Shown piece after piece: positions 1 to 12,772 of a stretch of 64,000 bases of DNA (position 1 is its first letter; each line of letters begins with the position of its first letter). This DNA comes from Centroscyllium fabricii (taxonomy: Eukaryota). Where the stretch lies: positions 216,318,001-216,382,000 of the forward strand of contig JBNRSN020000001.1 in NCBI GenBank assembly GCA_051313645.2, written 5' to 3'. Both the position numbers and the translations under genes were made by a program. Under the pieces are notes generated by a model, which was given only the letters and a program-made list of their open reading frames with translations, did not search any database and had not been told where the DNA came from.

Positions 1-594
1 ACTGCAAATTTTTCATTTTATGCTGTGCTAACTCTGACCTCTTCCTTCTGGCTCCCATCCTGCTCTACATTCTGTTCCAATACTGCTGAATGAGCTCTGC
101 TTTCCGTTTGCTTCCTGTGGCTGCTGACTCCACTCATCCTTCAGAACTCTTGCTGGACTAGCTCCTCAAGCTCCTCCTAGCGCCTCTGGTCTTGCGTGCT
201 CCTCGCCTCCCGATAGCTGCTCCTCAGACCAGCTCCCTCATCTGCACTGATCCTGTAGATTTACCATTCCCTGGCTCCCTGGGAGCTTCACTGCTCCATA
301 TTCTTGGTTTTCATTCCCACTATTTCTCGCTCGCCTCTGCTGGTATACTGAATCTGCTGGTACACACTGCTAACACAGATGGCTGTATGCACCTCTGCTG
401 GACTTCTGGAGCAACCTATACTGGTTCATGGTCAACTCTCCACTCATTCTTGGCCCCCTGTTTTCTACTGGACAATTTCCAACATGGTAACTTTACGTAG
501 GCAGTTTCCATTAGAAATGTTGACATAGGAATTTATAATGGAATAAATCGACAAAAAATGCAGATGTAATTTCTACTTGGGTCTTTCTATTGGC

Positions 595-910
595 AGGTAG
601 GTAGGTAACCAGAGGACACAAATTTAAGATAATTGGTAAAAGAATCAGAGGGGAGAGGAGGAGAATTTTTTTTTTTTTAAACACAGCAAGTTATTACGAT
701 CTGGACTGCAATGTCTGTAAGGGTGGTGGAAGCAGGTTCAATAGTAACTTTCAAAAGGGAATTGGTTAAATACTTGAAAGGGAAAAAATTGCTGGGATAT
801 AGGAAAAGGGTAGGGGAATGGGACTAATTGAATAGCTCTTTCAAAGAGTCGGCACTGGCACGGTGGGCTGAACGGCCTCCATCTGCTCTGTATCATTCTA
901 TAATTCTATG
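595..910 (+). mobile_element. CR1 3' end (a second copy of the 3'UTR at 1170-1290)
   Basis: TRGHKFKI.GKR-like coding remnant, 3'UTR and TTCTAT tail. Confidence 0.75.
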
Positions 911-1313
911 ACTGGTGGTTGAATGGACTGTTTCCATGTTGTCATTTCTATGTAATTAGAACAGCATTTATTAATTTTGACTTCAACAGCAGTGAGCTAT
1001 TTGAACTACAACTGGGCCATTAAATGTCAACAGTATGTAAATATGATTTAATAATTAACTGAGGTTTTAAGTATAAATAAAAGCCAGAGCCAATTGTTGT
1101 AGGGCACAATTTCACAATCTCATAAGTTTGAGTCTTTTGGCCCCATGGTATTTTGTTCCATGTCATGAAAAATTTGCAGGGCTATGGGAAAGGCCATGGG
1201 AATGGGACTAATTGGATAGCTCTTTCAAAGAGCCGGCACAGGCATGATGGACCAAATGGCCTCCTTCTATGCTGTAAGATTTTAAGATTCGGATGTATCA
1301 TACCATGACTTAC

Positions 1314-1470
1314 CACAGTAAACAAACCGGAATGAAGCATAAACATGTTGCTATCAAAAAGCTGAAGCCTGAAAATGTTTCGACGGTGGCAGCATAAATA
1401 CTATTGAAAATTGCAGTCGCAAGGGTACTACTTAAATTTTCAAGACAGGCAATTAAGGCAAAGAGAGCAC
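1314..1470 (-). CDS. SLC46A3: SLC46A3-like coding exon 4 (157 bp)
   Basis: (G)ALFALIACLENLSSTLATAIFNSIYAATVETFSGFSFLIATCLCFIPVCLL; ttttgcAG acceptor, TG|GTAAGT donor. Terminal exon presumably lies left of the window. Confidence 0.92.
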
Positions 1471-1552
1471 CTGCAAAAAGAACAAACAAAAATCAAATAA
1501 TTTTACTTATTTACAGAGCAACAATCTCTTGAACACCACACTCTCACAGACT

Positions 1553-2505
1553 GGGGGCTAAATTCGTCAGCGCATGTTTTCGGGCGTTGCAGTGGGCGCA
1601 GCGCTAAAATTAGCGCCGGGCGCAAATTAGTGCCCGACCTCCCGATAATCAGTTTAGCGCCGGCATTGCAGATTGCAGCGCTAAATCAGGCGTTAAATCA
1701 GGCGTTACACGGGCGCAAATGGCGAATATTCAGGTGCATGACTCTATGATTCTATCGAATGTCGGAGCAGGCTCGAGGGGCCGTATGGTCCACTCCTGCC
1801 GCTATTTCTTATGTTCTTATGTTGTCGCTGCATCTACATTAGCTCAAAGTTCTTCATTTAACAGGAAAAACTAAATGTTACTTTTCCAAAAATATAAAGA
1901 GAATTCAATAGCAGTGTAACATCAGTAGAATTCAGAACACTTTGATTACCCAATTCCTTACACATTAATGGGGCATAATAATATTTCTCATTATTAAATG
2001 AAATGAATTAAGATGTTTCATAAAGTGATAAATATAGCAGCAAATATCAATAACGTAATATTGAAAGGCCGCAGCAATATCTTGGAATAAAATCGAATAG
2101 ATAATTAGCTGATTAGATTCAGGATAATTAAAATGAATTATACGACGGCTGAGATACCGAGATCCATGTTCCGAGGAGGACAGAATTTGATCTCGGACTG
2201 TACAAGGCTAAATTGCAATTAGTCATGTGTCTCCCTTTCAATAGCGCCCCAGCGGCCCCACATCGCGTCGGCTGCATTCCTCAAAGCTGGCGCGGGCAGC
2301 GCTGCACGCGAGGTAGGTGGGCGCTGGTGAATTTCCGGTGCAGCCCTCGGGAAGGGCGTTGCACGATGGAATCAGCAGGTGATTGACGTGCATCCAGCAG
2401 TGGGCGCCGGCGTTTGCCTGGCGAATTTCTGCGCCCAGCACTAAAACCTCTTGCGCCCATCTTCAGGCACTAACGGGCCGGTGCTAGACCGCCAATTTCG
2501 CGCCC
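1553..2505. mobile_element. Harbinger-like non-autonomous element with nested CR1 tail (about 1741-1823)
   Basis: Imperfect TIRs GGGGGCTAAATT / AATTTCGCGCCC; GCGC/AGCGC-rich ends. Confidence 0.5.
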
Positions 2506-2599
2506 ATTAGCTCTTCAAAAAAAAACTTTCTTTGGCATAAGATAGGAAGAGGGAGGAGGTTCATGTGGAGTATAAACACTGGCATAGTCCAGTTCGGCT

Positions 2600-3070
2600 G
2601 ACAGGCTCGCTGCTAACATTGAAAATTGCACTTGTCTGAGCAGCTTGGACAGCTATAGCACCCTAGAGACACGGTCAGGGAACAGGCCTAGTGAGCAATG
2701 AGCAGGACAGTTGATTTGAGGGAATGTCAATTATGCTCATGGCCTTTTGTCATGTTACAGATCGCTGTCCAAAATGGTTGATTCAGAGGAGGTGACCAGA
2801 AGCACAGGAGCAATTCACTTGATCAGCACTTCTGCCAATGGACTCAATATCCACTCCCACCATGCTCGGGGACAGCATGCTTTGTGAATTGGAGGCACCC
2901 GAGACATTGCTCCTCCGAGAAGTTCAGGTAAAAGTGCTCCCTGAAGACCGGCTGTGGGTGTGGCCTCCTGCACAGTACCCTCCTCCTCTCTCTTCTGTGA
3001 GCTGCTCCTGTGCTCTCCTGACTTCCTTGCTGCTTCTCCTCTTTCAACCTCGAAGGCATTTCTATGATAT
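2600..3070 (-). mobile_element. Decayed Harbinger transposase remnant (5' part probably continues 7518-8190 beyond element A)
   Basis: RRPHPQPVFREHFYLNFSEEQCLGCLQFTK resembles the HARBI1-like N-terminus at 55600-55710. Confidence 0.6.
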
Positions 3071-6000
3071 TGTGGCGGCACGCCCACTTGGACACCGAAT
3101 CCGCCACGGGAACACCGCGGGGCAGAGCCCCGCTCATCCGGGTGATGCGACGACGTCATCACGTCTTCCTGCGTGATGACGTCACCAACGGCGGGCAGTT
3201 TAAATAAGCTTGTTTCGAGTGGTTCGCTCTCTTTCCTGTTTAACTGTAATGCATTAAACAAGTGTTTTCTCTAGCTCTCTGGCTCACGCGTGGTTTCTAG
3301 GCCTTGCTGGCGCTACAGTGGTGACCCCGAATTGGAACGACTTCCAAAGAAAAAAAGCTGCCGCAGGATCAAGGATCACCAGCTTAAGGACACTTTAAAA
3401 GAGAAAACATGACTGCAAGAGCAAGGAACCAAGCTCCACGAACCCAAGGACTTGGCCAGAACTTCGGGCACAGACTTACCCTGCCAGAGTTCTGGGAGCA
3501 ACGGCCAGCGGCCTGGTTCATGTGCATTGAGACCAGCTGCCGCACACATGGCATCCAGGGGGACGACCGCTACGACCTGGTCTTCTCAGCCCTACCGCAA
3601 TCGACGATCGATCGGATGTGGTCAAAAATACAGCGTGTGCCCACTACAGGCAGGTACGAATCCCTCAAGGCCGCGCTCATAATTTTTTTTACCCCCTCTC
3701 AATTTGAGCGCGACTGCCAGCTCCTTGACCTCCCCGAACTCGGGGACGCAGACCCATCGGACCTTTTGGGTCAGATGCAAGCGCTCACCGCCAATCCCGC
3801 CTCCCTGTTCCGCACCGTCTTCCTCCTCAAACTACCCCGCTCCATCAGGCCGGCCTTGGCGGCCCTGGGCCAGCGGAGCGACGACGAGCTCGCTGAGGAG
3901 GCCGACAGGCTCATGGAGGCAGAGCGCACCCGCTCAACCACGTGCGACCCTAACTCCGCATCTATAGAGCGCAACCAATCGCCCCCCAGGCCCAACTTCA
4001 TGCCTGAACCTAGGGCCCCGCGCCCACCCAGGCAACCGCGTCCCTCTAGCACCGGCTGGTGCTACTACCACACGCGGTTCGATAGTAAAGCGCACCGCTG
4101 CGTCCAGCCATGCGCATTTAAGCCACGGCCCACCCCAGCCCCCACCATGTCTGTAGGACTCACAGGAGCACTGCTCTTTGTTACAGACAGCGGCACAGGC
4201 CTCAGGTTCCTCTGCGACACAGGCGCACAGCACAGCATTGTGCCAGCCTCCCCTGCAGAAACCAAGCAAGGCACCCGGGGCCCGCCACTCGCAGCGGCCA
4301 ACGGCTCCAATATCAAAATGTACGGCACCCGCAAGCTCACGATTACACTTGCAGGCCACACGTATACCTGGGACTTTGTCACAGCCCAGGTCACTTCACC
4401 CCTCCTCGGGGCAGATTTCCTCTGCGCCTACGGCCTGCTGGTCGATATGACCCGGCGCCGCTTGGTCAACATTAATAACATGTCGACCATCCCATGCTCC
4501 ACAGGGCCCGCACTCCTGGCCCACGCGGCCGCCCAATGCCGCTCTCGGAACTCCGATGCCTACGGCACTCTCCTAGCAGAGTTCCCCGCCCTAACCAACC
4601 TCACGTTCACCGCCCGCCGGGCCAAACACGGGGTAGAACATTTTATAACTACCACAGGCCCTCCCGTCCATGCCCGCAGGCTCGACCCGGCCAAACAGGA
4701 GATCGCGCGCACCGAGTTCCGCACCATGGAGCAACTCGGTATTATCCGCCGCTCCAACAGCCCCTGGGCCTCTCCTCTCCATATAGCCCCCAAGCCGGGC
4801 GGGGGTTGGCGCCCCTGCGGCGACTACCGCCGCCTAAACAATGCCACTACCCTGGATAGGTACCCCGTACCCCACATCCAGGATTTTTCCGCCAGATTAG
4901 CGGGCTGCACGATCTTCTCCAAGATCGACCTGGTGCGTGGCTACCACCAGGTTCCGGTGCACCCGGCGGACATTCCCAAAACGGCCGTTATCACTCCCTT
5001 TGGACTCTTCGAGTTTCTCAGGATGCCCTTCGGCCTTAAAAACGCGGCCCAGGCCTTCCAGCGCCTCATGGACTCGGTCCTACGGGACTTGAAGTTCATT
5101 TTCGTCTACTTAGATGACATCCTCGTGGCCAGCACCTCCCCCCAGGAACACCTCCTGCACCTCAGGACCCTGTTCCAGCGCCTGGTCGAACACGGCCTAA
5201 TATTAAGCCCCACTAAGTGTAAATTCAGCCTCCAAACCATTGACTTCCTCGGCCACCGCATTTCCCAAACCGGGGCCATACCCCTGCCCTCCAAGGTGCA
5301 GGCGGTCCAGGAATTTCCCCGCCCGCACTCCATTAAGGGGCTGCAGGAATTCCTGGGGATGGTCAATTTTTACAACCGCTTTATCCCGGGAGCAGCCGCT
5401 CTCATGGCCCCCTTATACCAGGCCACACGCGGGCAGTCCAGCAAGGCTGCGGTCGAGTGGACGGCCGACGCCGCCACCGCCTTCACCGCAACTAAAACCG
5501 CCCTGGCTAACGCCACCCTCCTAGCCCACCCTAGGCCCAACGCCAGAGTAGCCCTCACCACCGACGCCTCCGACCACGCGGTCGGGGCCATATTTGAGCA
5601 GTGGACCGGCAACTCGTGGCAGCCCCTGGCCTTTTTCAGCCGGCAGCTCCGGCCCCCAGAGGTCAAGTACAGCGCCTTCGATAGGGAGCTCCTCGCTCTC
5701 CATCTGGCAATGCGACATTTTCGCTTCCTCCTGGAGGGCCGCCACTTCACAGCCTTCGTCGACCATAAGCCACTCACCTTCGCGATGGCTAAGGTCGCCG
5801 AACCCTGGTCGGCCAGGCAGCAGCGCCAGCTCGCGGCCGTGTCGGAGTTCACGACCGACATTCAGCATATCTCCGGCCGCGACAACGTGGTCGCTGACTG
5901 CCTCTCACGCCCCACCATTAACGCCGCCCAAATGGCGGTCGATTACGCCCAGCTGGCCGCAGACCAGCTGGCCGACCCTGACCTGCTCAACTCAGCAGCT

Positions 6001-7513
6001 AATCTCCCCGGCCTCCACTTGGCCAATATCGCGCACGGCCCCGCTGCCACCGTCGTCTGCTGCGACGTGTCCCTGCCGCAGCCCAGGCCCGTCGTCCCTC
6101 ACGCTTGGAGGGGACACATTTTCAAAACCCTCCACGACCTGTCCCACCCCGGCACCCGCGCATCGATTAAACTGATCTCGGCCCGGTTCGTATGGCGCGG
6201 CCTGCGCAAAGACGTCCGCGCCTGGGCCAACTCCTGCATTGCCTGCCAGCGCTCCAAAGTGCATAAGCACATCAGGGCACCGCTGGAAACATTTAAAGTG
6301 CCGGCCAGACGCTTTGACCACGTCCATATTGATCTCGTCGGGCCACTACCGCCATCCCGGGGCCACACGCACGTAATGACCATGGTCGACCGCAACACTC
6401 GCTGGCCAGAAGCAGTCCCCCTCGCTGCCACCGGCACCACGGACTTGGCCAGGGCGTTCATCGCCACCTGGGTCGCCCGCTTCGGCGTGCCCACCGACAT
6501 CACCTCCGACAGAGGACCCCAGTTCATGTCAGCACTATGGGCAGCCATCGCCCGCGACCTCGGGGTAACCTTGCATCGAACCACCGCATACCACCCACAA
6601 GCTAATGGGCTCTGCGAACGGTTCCACCGATCTATGAAGGCATCACTGCGAGCCACCCTCAAGGATGCGTCTTGGACCGACCGTCTCCCATGGGTCCTCC
6701 TCGGGCTGCGCTCGGCAGTCAAAGAGGACCTAAATGCCTCGGCAGCAGAACTCGTATACGGCCAAGCCCTAACAGTTGCGGGTGAATTTTTAGCCGAGCC
6801 AAACGCTCCCTGGTCAGCCGACCAGTATTTAAAAGACTTTGCCAACCCGGCATGAGCTTTCCAGCCACTGCCAGTGGCCCGGCACGGAGCGCCGGCAGCA
6901 CGAGTACCGGACGGCATTAAAAATGCAAAATTTGTGTTCGTCCGGCGCGACGGACACCGATCACCACTACAGCCACCATACGATGGCCCCTATAGAGTGC
7001 TTCGGGCGGGAGCTAAAGCTTTCCAGCTTCAAATGGGCAACAGGACAGAAACTGTTACAATAGACCGGCTCAAGCCGGCACACGTTATAGCGGGCGAGAC
7101 GACTGTCCCCGCACAACCACCGCAACGCGGACGCCCTCCCGCAACAACACCCGCCCACACTCCACCGCAGAACCAGAAGCAACGTACAACATGGGCCGGC
7201 CGCATCATCCGGCCACCCCAACGGCTCACATAGACTCTTTCCTATTTCTCCCGGACGGATTCTGGGGGGGGAGCTGTGTGGCGGCACGCCCACTTGGACA
7301 CCAAATCCGCCACGGGAACACCGCGCGTCTCATCCGGGTGACGCGACGACGTCACCATGTCTTCCTGCGTGATGACGTCACCAACGGCGGGCAGTTTAAA
7401 TAAGCTTGTTTCGAGTGGTTCGCTCTCTTTCCTGTTTAACTCTAATGCATTAAACAAGTGTTTTCTCTAGCTCTCTGGCTCACGCGTGGTTTCTAGGCCT
7501 TGCTGGCGCTACA
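3071..7513 (+). mobile_element. Full-length Ty3/Gypsy LTR retrotransposon A (CsRn1-type)
   Basis: LTRs 3071-3317 and 7277-7513 (TG...CA); 4-bp TSD ATAT; PBS TGGTGACCCCGA (tRNA-Trp) 3319-3330; G-rich PPT about 7264-7273; single gag-PR-RT-RH-IN frame; Gag Cx2Hx9Cx3C. Confidence 0.96.
3409..7233 (+). CDS. Gag-Pol polyprotein of element A (one in-frame TGA at 6853-6855, frame continues to 7233)
   Basis: PR LCDTGA, RT YLDD, RNase H TDAS, IN HHCC plus D-D-E and GPY module. The 6874 ORF is in the same frame as the 3409 ORF. Confidence 0.9.
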
Positions 7514-9304
7514 ATATCACCCATGACGACAGTAAAACTGTTTAGAAGGCAGCTAAAAACAGTCCAGCCAGCACCAACAAAATCTTCTCAGCAGTCAGAA
7601 TTAAGTTTTCACAGTCAGAAAGGCCAAAAAACAAACAAAGTTGACCAGCAGCTTCAATTGACAAACCAGGAAGGAACCTGTAAGTAGTGGCTGTGCCCTT
7701 TAAACAGCGCCGCTATGGGTCCTTCCTGCCTCTAGTGCCACAAGGTGCTGGGCAAGTTAATCACGTTGCGAGTCCAGCACTGGGGCAGACCAATATCAGA
7801 AAAGGATTCTACTCATCTTTTAAATAGTTCTGGCGTACACCCGAGATGCCTACAGAGTAGCTCGATCCAATATGGTGGGTGGTGCACATCCGGCTCATAA
7901 TGTACCCGTATACCTTGACCATCATATTGGACGCTGAAGTGCCCATTTTGCGCCTGAGAAACATGTGCGGCATCATTGAATTTCTGGGTCAGATTGATTT
8001 GGCAGTACTTAATCAGATCTCCCTGGGCAAGGTAGAACTTGTTCGCTAGCTGCTGAAACATCAGGACCTTCCTGTTTTGAAGAAGCTGGCCCAACCTGGT
8101 GGTGCCTTCCAAAACCAGGTTCAGAAATCTACTTGTGGCATGCAAAGCTAGGAACGCTTTGTTGTGTCAGATTTGGCGAGGCGCTAACAGAGAACAGGCC
8201 TCTTTCCAAATCAATAATATTGGTGCAATCTGAAATAAGTTTTAATCACAGACCAGTTAACAGCAATCAGGTTTTCAATCCACTTACAAAACAACAAAGT
8301 TACTGTAAGTGGGCAATTCATCGGGAGAATTGCCCTGCTCTTCTTCGGAAAATGGCCATGGGATCTTTTACGTAGATCTCGGGATAACATGTCATCCGAA
8401 AGACGGTACCTCAGACAGTGCAGCGCACCCCCAATGATGCATTGAAATTTCAACCAAGATTATGTACTCAAGTCTCTAGAGTAAGGCTTGAACCAATGAC
8501 CTTCTGACTCCGAGGCAAGAGTGCCAACACTGAGCCACCGCTGACACAAAGCAACACTTTGAAGTCAAACCTAAAACAGACTCATTAAAAGCTGTAAGTG
8601 AATGAACATTTAGCTATTCTCTCAGCAAAGACATTTCACAAGAGAAAAAAAACCAACATAAACAGGGTTATCACCATTTGTTTAAAGTCCAGTTTCCACA
8701 TGTTGTTCTGGAATCTAGAGATAAGACTTCAGGATTATTGAACCAGATTAACATTTAGACTCACCGTCCAACTCTTCCAGCTCTTTCTGATTAAAGTATG
8801 TTACTCCTATTCCAAAACGGCACTGAAAAAAACTTACACTTTCTGCTCCTAACCTCTTTATTTTAACTTTGATGACAGGATACTGAAGTACCAACATTTA
8901 TTCTGCTGTAATGTTGTCGTCACCTCTCTATGTCTTATAGTGCAGGCTGCCAATGATTACGGTCTGCTGATGACTATCAATTTCTGCTTTCTTCGTGCTT
9001 CATCAAGCTCCTTGATGCAATATCTTTTTCTGGTGTTGCTGAACTGGGTGAGGAGTTACTCTTCAGCAAGTAGCTGCCACAGCTGCTTAATGTTTCAAAA
9101 GCAAACAATGGTGTTTTTCACTCTTTGGCTAGAGGCTAGATGAGCTACTTTATAATCTGATGTAATTTTTACTTTATAATCATTGTGCTTTGTGCTGATT
9201 TGAATTCCACTGCATGCAAATGGAGGCTTACTTTGGTTATAAACTTAAGGCTGAATCACAACAAGTTTTATGGACGATACTATTTTATTAGTCCTAATTA
9301 ATAG

Positions 9305-9762
9305 TAAAAAAGACGAGCTTTTATATAGCAACTTTCACGATCTCAGAATGTCCCAAAGCACTTTACAGCCAATGAAGTACTTTTAGAGTGTAATCACTGT
9401 GGTATTGTAGGAATCGTGGCAGACAATTTGGGTACAGCAAGCTCCCAGATAATCTGTTTTAGTGATGTTAATTGAGGGACAAATATTGACCAGGACGCAG
9501 AGGAAAACTTCCCTGCTCTTCTTCGAAATATTGCCATGGGATCTTTAAAGTCCACCCGAGAGCGCAGACGTCAGAGCAGTCTGAGCAAACTCAGTTTAGC
9601 GTCTCTTCTGAAAGACGACACCACCGACAGTGCAGCACTCCCTCAGCACTGCACTGGAGTATCAGCCTAGATTTATGTTCTCGAGTCTCTGGAGTGGGAC
9701 TTGAACCCACAATCCTTCTGACTCAGAAGCAAGAGTGCTGCCAACTGAGCCACAGCTGACAC
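9305..9762 (-). mobile_element. Same SINE family, minus copy (others at about 8300-8548, 11645-11757, 48140-48570, all minus)
   Basis: Reverse-complement similarity to 11172-11640, including A/B boxes. Confidence 0.8.
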
Positions 9763-10342
9763 AAGTTTGCCTTAGTTTCAATAGCGAGTTTTGTTAATCT
9801 CCTATTGTTGATAGCAGGCAGATCAGTGCTGCCTTCAGAAGGTCTCCTTGCTGCAACTGAGGGCCTTCCTCTTCCGGGGAGTCCACGGTAATGGCTCTTT
9901 GCAAGGCAAAGTTGCACAGTGTACAGCAGCAATTTCTAATGGCGAGAGACGAGGAACTGTGGGTGTGCAAAGGTGTGGGCGTGTCCATGTACACCAATCA
10001 CAAGTATCTAGTGCACAGGTACAAAAGGCAATCAAAAATGCTAATGAGATGGTCGCCTTTATTTCAAGTAGGATGCAATACAAAAGTAAGGAAATGACCA
10101 CAAACTGGCAAGTTTGTCCTATACCAATTAAAGCCACAATCACAAACTTGGAATGGATGCAAAATGGGCTGCTGATTTGCTATTGCCTGTTTTGTGCTAT
10201 TGTCGAAGAGCAATTTCATCCCCAATACGACACAATGGATCTCCACCCAACTTCCTGAATGAAAACCAACTTGTTACACAAATCTGGGAATTAAAAAAAC
10301 ACACTCAAATATCCGATGCAAAAAGTATTTTAAATAACTGAC

Positions 10343-10426
10343 CTTGATCCTTCGGTAAAACTGCCTTGGACATCATTGATCGGAGCATCGGGAACGGCAT
10401 GGCAGCAAAAAGAGAAACCACTCTCA
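10343..10426 (-). CDS. SLC46A3: SLC46A3-like coding exon 3 (84 bp)
   Basis: Translates (V)RVVSLFAAMPFPMLRSMMSKAVLPKDQ(G), with the SLC46 LRSMMSK motif; tttacAG acceptor, G|GTCAGT donor; phases match neighbours. Absent from the ORF track. Confidence 0.92.
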
Positions 10427-11171
10427 CTGTAAAAATGGCAAAATTGATTAGTCATAACCATAGAACAAAAGCCAGATTACATTCATTGTGGGATTTCAAA
10501 CACCACAATCTCACATCTATTGTGATAGCATTAAAATAGGTTACACAGTTCACTACATGCAAATTTTAGACTGGACATGCTGACTAAATTTGACAGGAAA
10601 TTATATACAGTTTGCAGAAGCTACCCAACAGATTTCACTAAAACTACTTAAGTGATTACCTCAACACTTCTCACTCTGGCCACAAAGTTTACCAGAGATT
10701 GTAACAGAATCACTCCCTTTAAATTAATGGTTTATATCTGCTTTGCACATGTTAAATGTAAAGTTACCATGTTTTCTTTCTTTCTTCCTCAGCTCATATG
10801 GACTTTCTTCCATCTTGCCTGGTGCATTCCCACTCACTACACTTCTCACATACTGGCCAGAAATATGGAGGCGGGTATGGAACGGGTAGGTTGGAAAGCG
10901 GTCAGGAAACCCGGGAGAATTTAACAGCAGGATCTGATTAGTATTTCAAAGCACTGATTCCCACCCGCAGCCAGCCAGGTGGGGAGGTTGGCTGGCTGTC
11001 AGGCGGGTAGGCCTGTGGCACCAGGCTGCAGAGAGAAAGGAGGGAGAGATCAGGGGTTGGAGGAAGGTTGGGACTGGAATGATGGATGGGGATCGGGGGT
11101 TCTCCTTGGACTGCCTCGGAGCTCCTGCCCCCCAAACCTGCCTTCCCCATTAAAATTCACCCAGTTTACAG

Positions 11172-11640
11172 TGTCAGCTGTGGCTCAGTTGGTAGCACCC
11201 TCGTCTCTGGGTCAGAAGGTTGTGGGTTCAAGCACCACTCCAGAGACTTGACCCCATTATCTAGGCTGACACTCCCAGTGCAATACTGAGGGAATGCTGC
11301 ACTGTCGGAGGTGCCGTCTTTCGAAGGAGACATTAAATCGCGTCCCTGTCTACTCTCAGGTGGACTTAAAAGATACCATGGCACTATTTCGAAGAAGAGC
11401 AGGGGAGTTATCCCTGGTGTCCTGGCCAATATTTATCCCTCAATCAACATCACTAAAAAGACAGATTATCTGGTCATTATCACATTGCTGTTAGTGGGAG
11501 CTTGTTGTGTGCAAAATGGCTGCCATGCTTCCTACATTACAACAGTAACTGCACTTCAAAAAGCACTTAATTGGCTGTAAAGCGCTTTGGGACGTCCAGT
11601 GGACGTGAAAGGCACTATATAGATGCAAATCTTTCTTTTT
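11172..11640 (+). mobile_element. tRNA-derived SINE with L2-type tail (Deu/SacSINE-like), full length
   Basis: A box TGGCTCAGTTGG, B box GGTTCAAGCACC, conserved body, tail TTGGGACGTCC...GGCACTATATAGATGCAA. Confidence 0.85.
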
Positions 11641-12000
11641 TTCTTTACTGCACTGAAATTATACCATAGATTTATGTGCTCAAGTCATGGTCTGGGGGTT
11701 GATCTCAGAACCTTCTAACTTAGAGACAAGAGTGCTACCAACTGAGCAAAGCCAACACATTGTACAAACAACTTCTTATACTTTAACATTTATTGAAACA
11801 TTATCCTGAGTGGCATTAAACACCTCTAGGCTGAGGTATTGCAAAGGACACTTCAGAGAAATATAATGTTTTTGCTATTAGATTACATTTTACTTACAAT
11901 TGGTAAGTTGAAATTATAGTTCTGATTTACATTTGAATTTTATTGTGAAATAACTTCTGTAGTAGCTATCTGTGATATAGTTCCAATATTGACACTCAAT

Positions 12001-12772
12001 GGCCCAGAAATTGCGAACGCCCCAGGTGAGTACGCGCTGGGTACTCACCCGTAGGCCCATCCGAAGTGCCGGTTTCGTGCATGCACAGCGCATGCGCGCG
12101 AAACCGGCACTTCCGATCCCCTGAAAGAAGGGGTCAGGGGTCGGAACGCGTGCACGGCAGCGGGTGCGCAATGCACTTGCGATTTAAAAAAAATAAAATT
12201 TTTAAACAGGTTTTTATCCGGGTAAGTATGGAGAAAGTTACGTCTCCTATTTTCAAGTGCAAAGACCCCTTTTCAGCAGGTAAGTGGTGAATTAATTCAA
12301 TTAAAAAAAAAATTTCCACAGGTATTTCATTTTTAAATACTTTAAAGAAAGGTAAGTTGATTTTTAGCTCTGTTAAATACTTTAATTACTTTTTTCTAAA
12401 TTCTTAATTTTTGTTTAAAATAGCTAATTTATGTAATTGATAGTTATTTTAAAAAATGTGATGTTTTTTAAAAATTTATTTTAAGATTTAGTGATTTTTT
12501 GGGTTGTAGTATTCATAAGTTTGACAGGTCTTCCTGTCAAACTTATGAATGGAGCATTCTGTGCTCCGATTGGCTCTCCGTGGCCCACGTGATCCCACAC
12601 GAAGCCTCGCACTATCTTCGCTGCTGGGATCCAGGAGCGCGGCGCGCCGGCAGTTCAGGAAGGCCCCGCATTGGGATTCCATGTGGGGGCACTGCTCAAC
12701 GGCCGGCGCGCTAGGTATGTGTAGGTTGGAGGCTTGCACTCGCGGGAAGCCTCCAACCCGAATTTCTGGGCC
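12001..12772. mobile_element. MITE (PIF/Harbinger-type)
   Basis: Perfect 12-bp TIR GGCCCAGAAATT, 3-bp TSD AAT, AT-rich core, internal 18-bp hairpin. Confidence 0.85.

Noticed and set aside
1-500. Pyrimidine-rich stretch reading as Glu/Gln-rich on the minus strand; candidate last SLC46A3 exon
   Set aside because: The frame ending at TAA 18-20 hits TGA at 141-143; no convincing acceptor or SLC46A3 C-terminal motif. Probably a decayed repeat.
3452-7457. Many overlapping 60-270-aa ORFs inside the Gypsy elements (also in B, D, E)
   Set aside because: Shadow ORFs of GC-rich coding sequence with no domain motifs; no env-like ORF seen.
11172-11245. tRNA-like sequence with A/B boxes
   Set aside because: SINE head: continues into the SINE body and has several diverged copies in the window.
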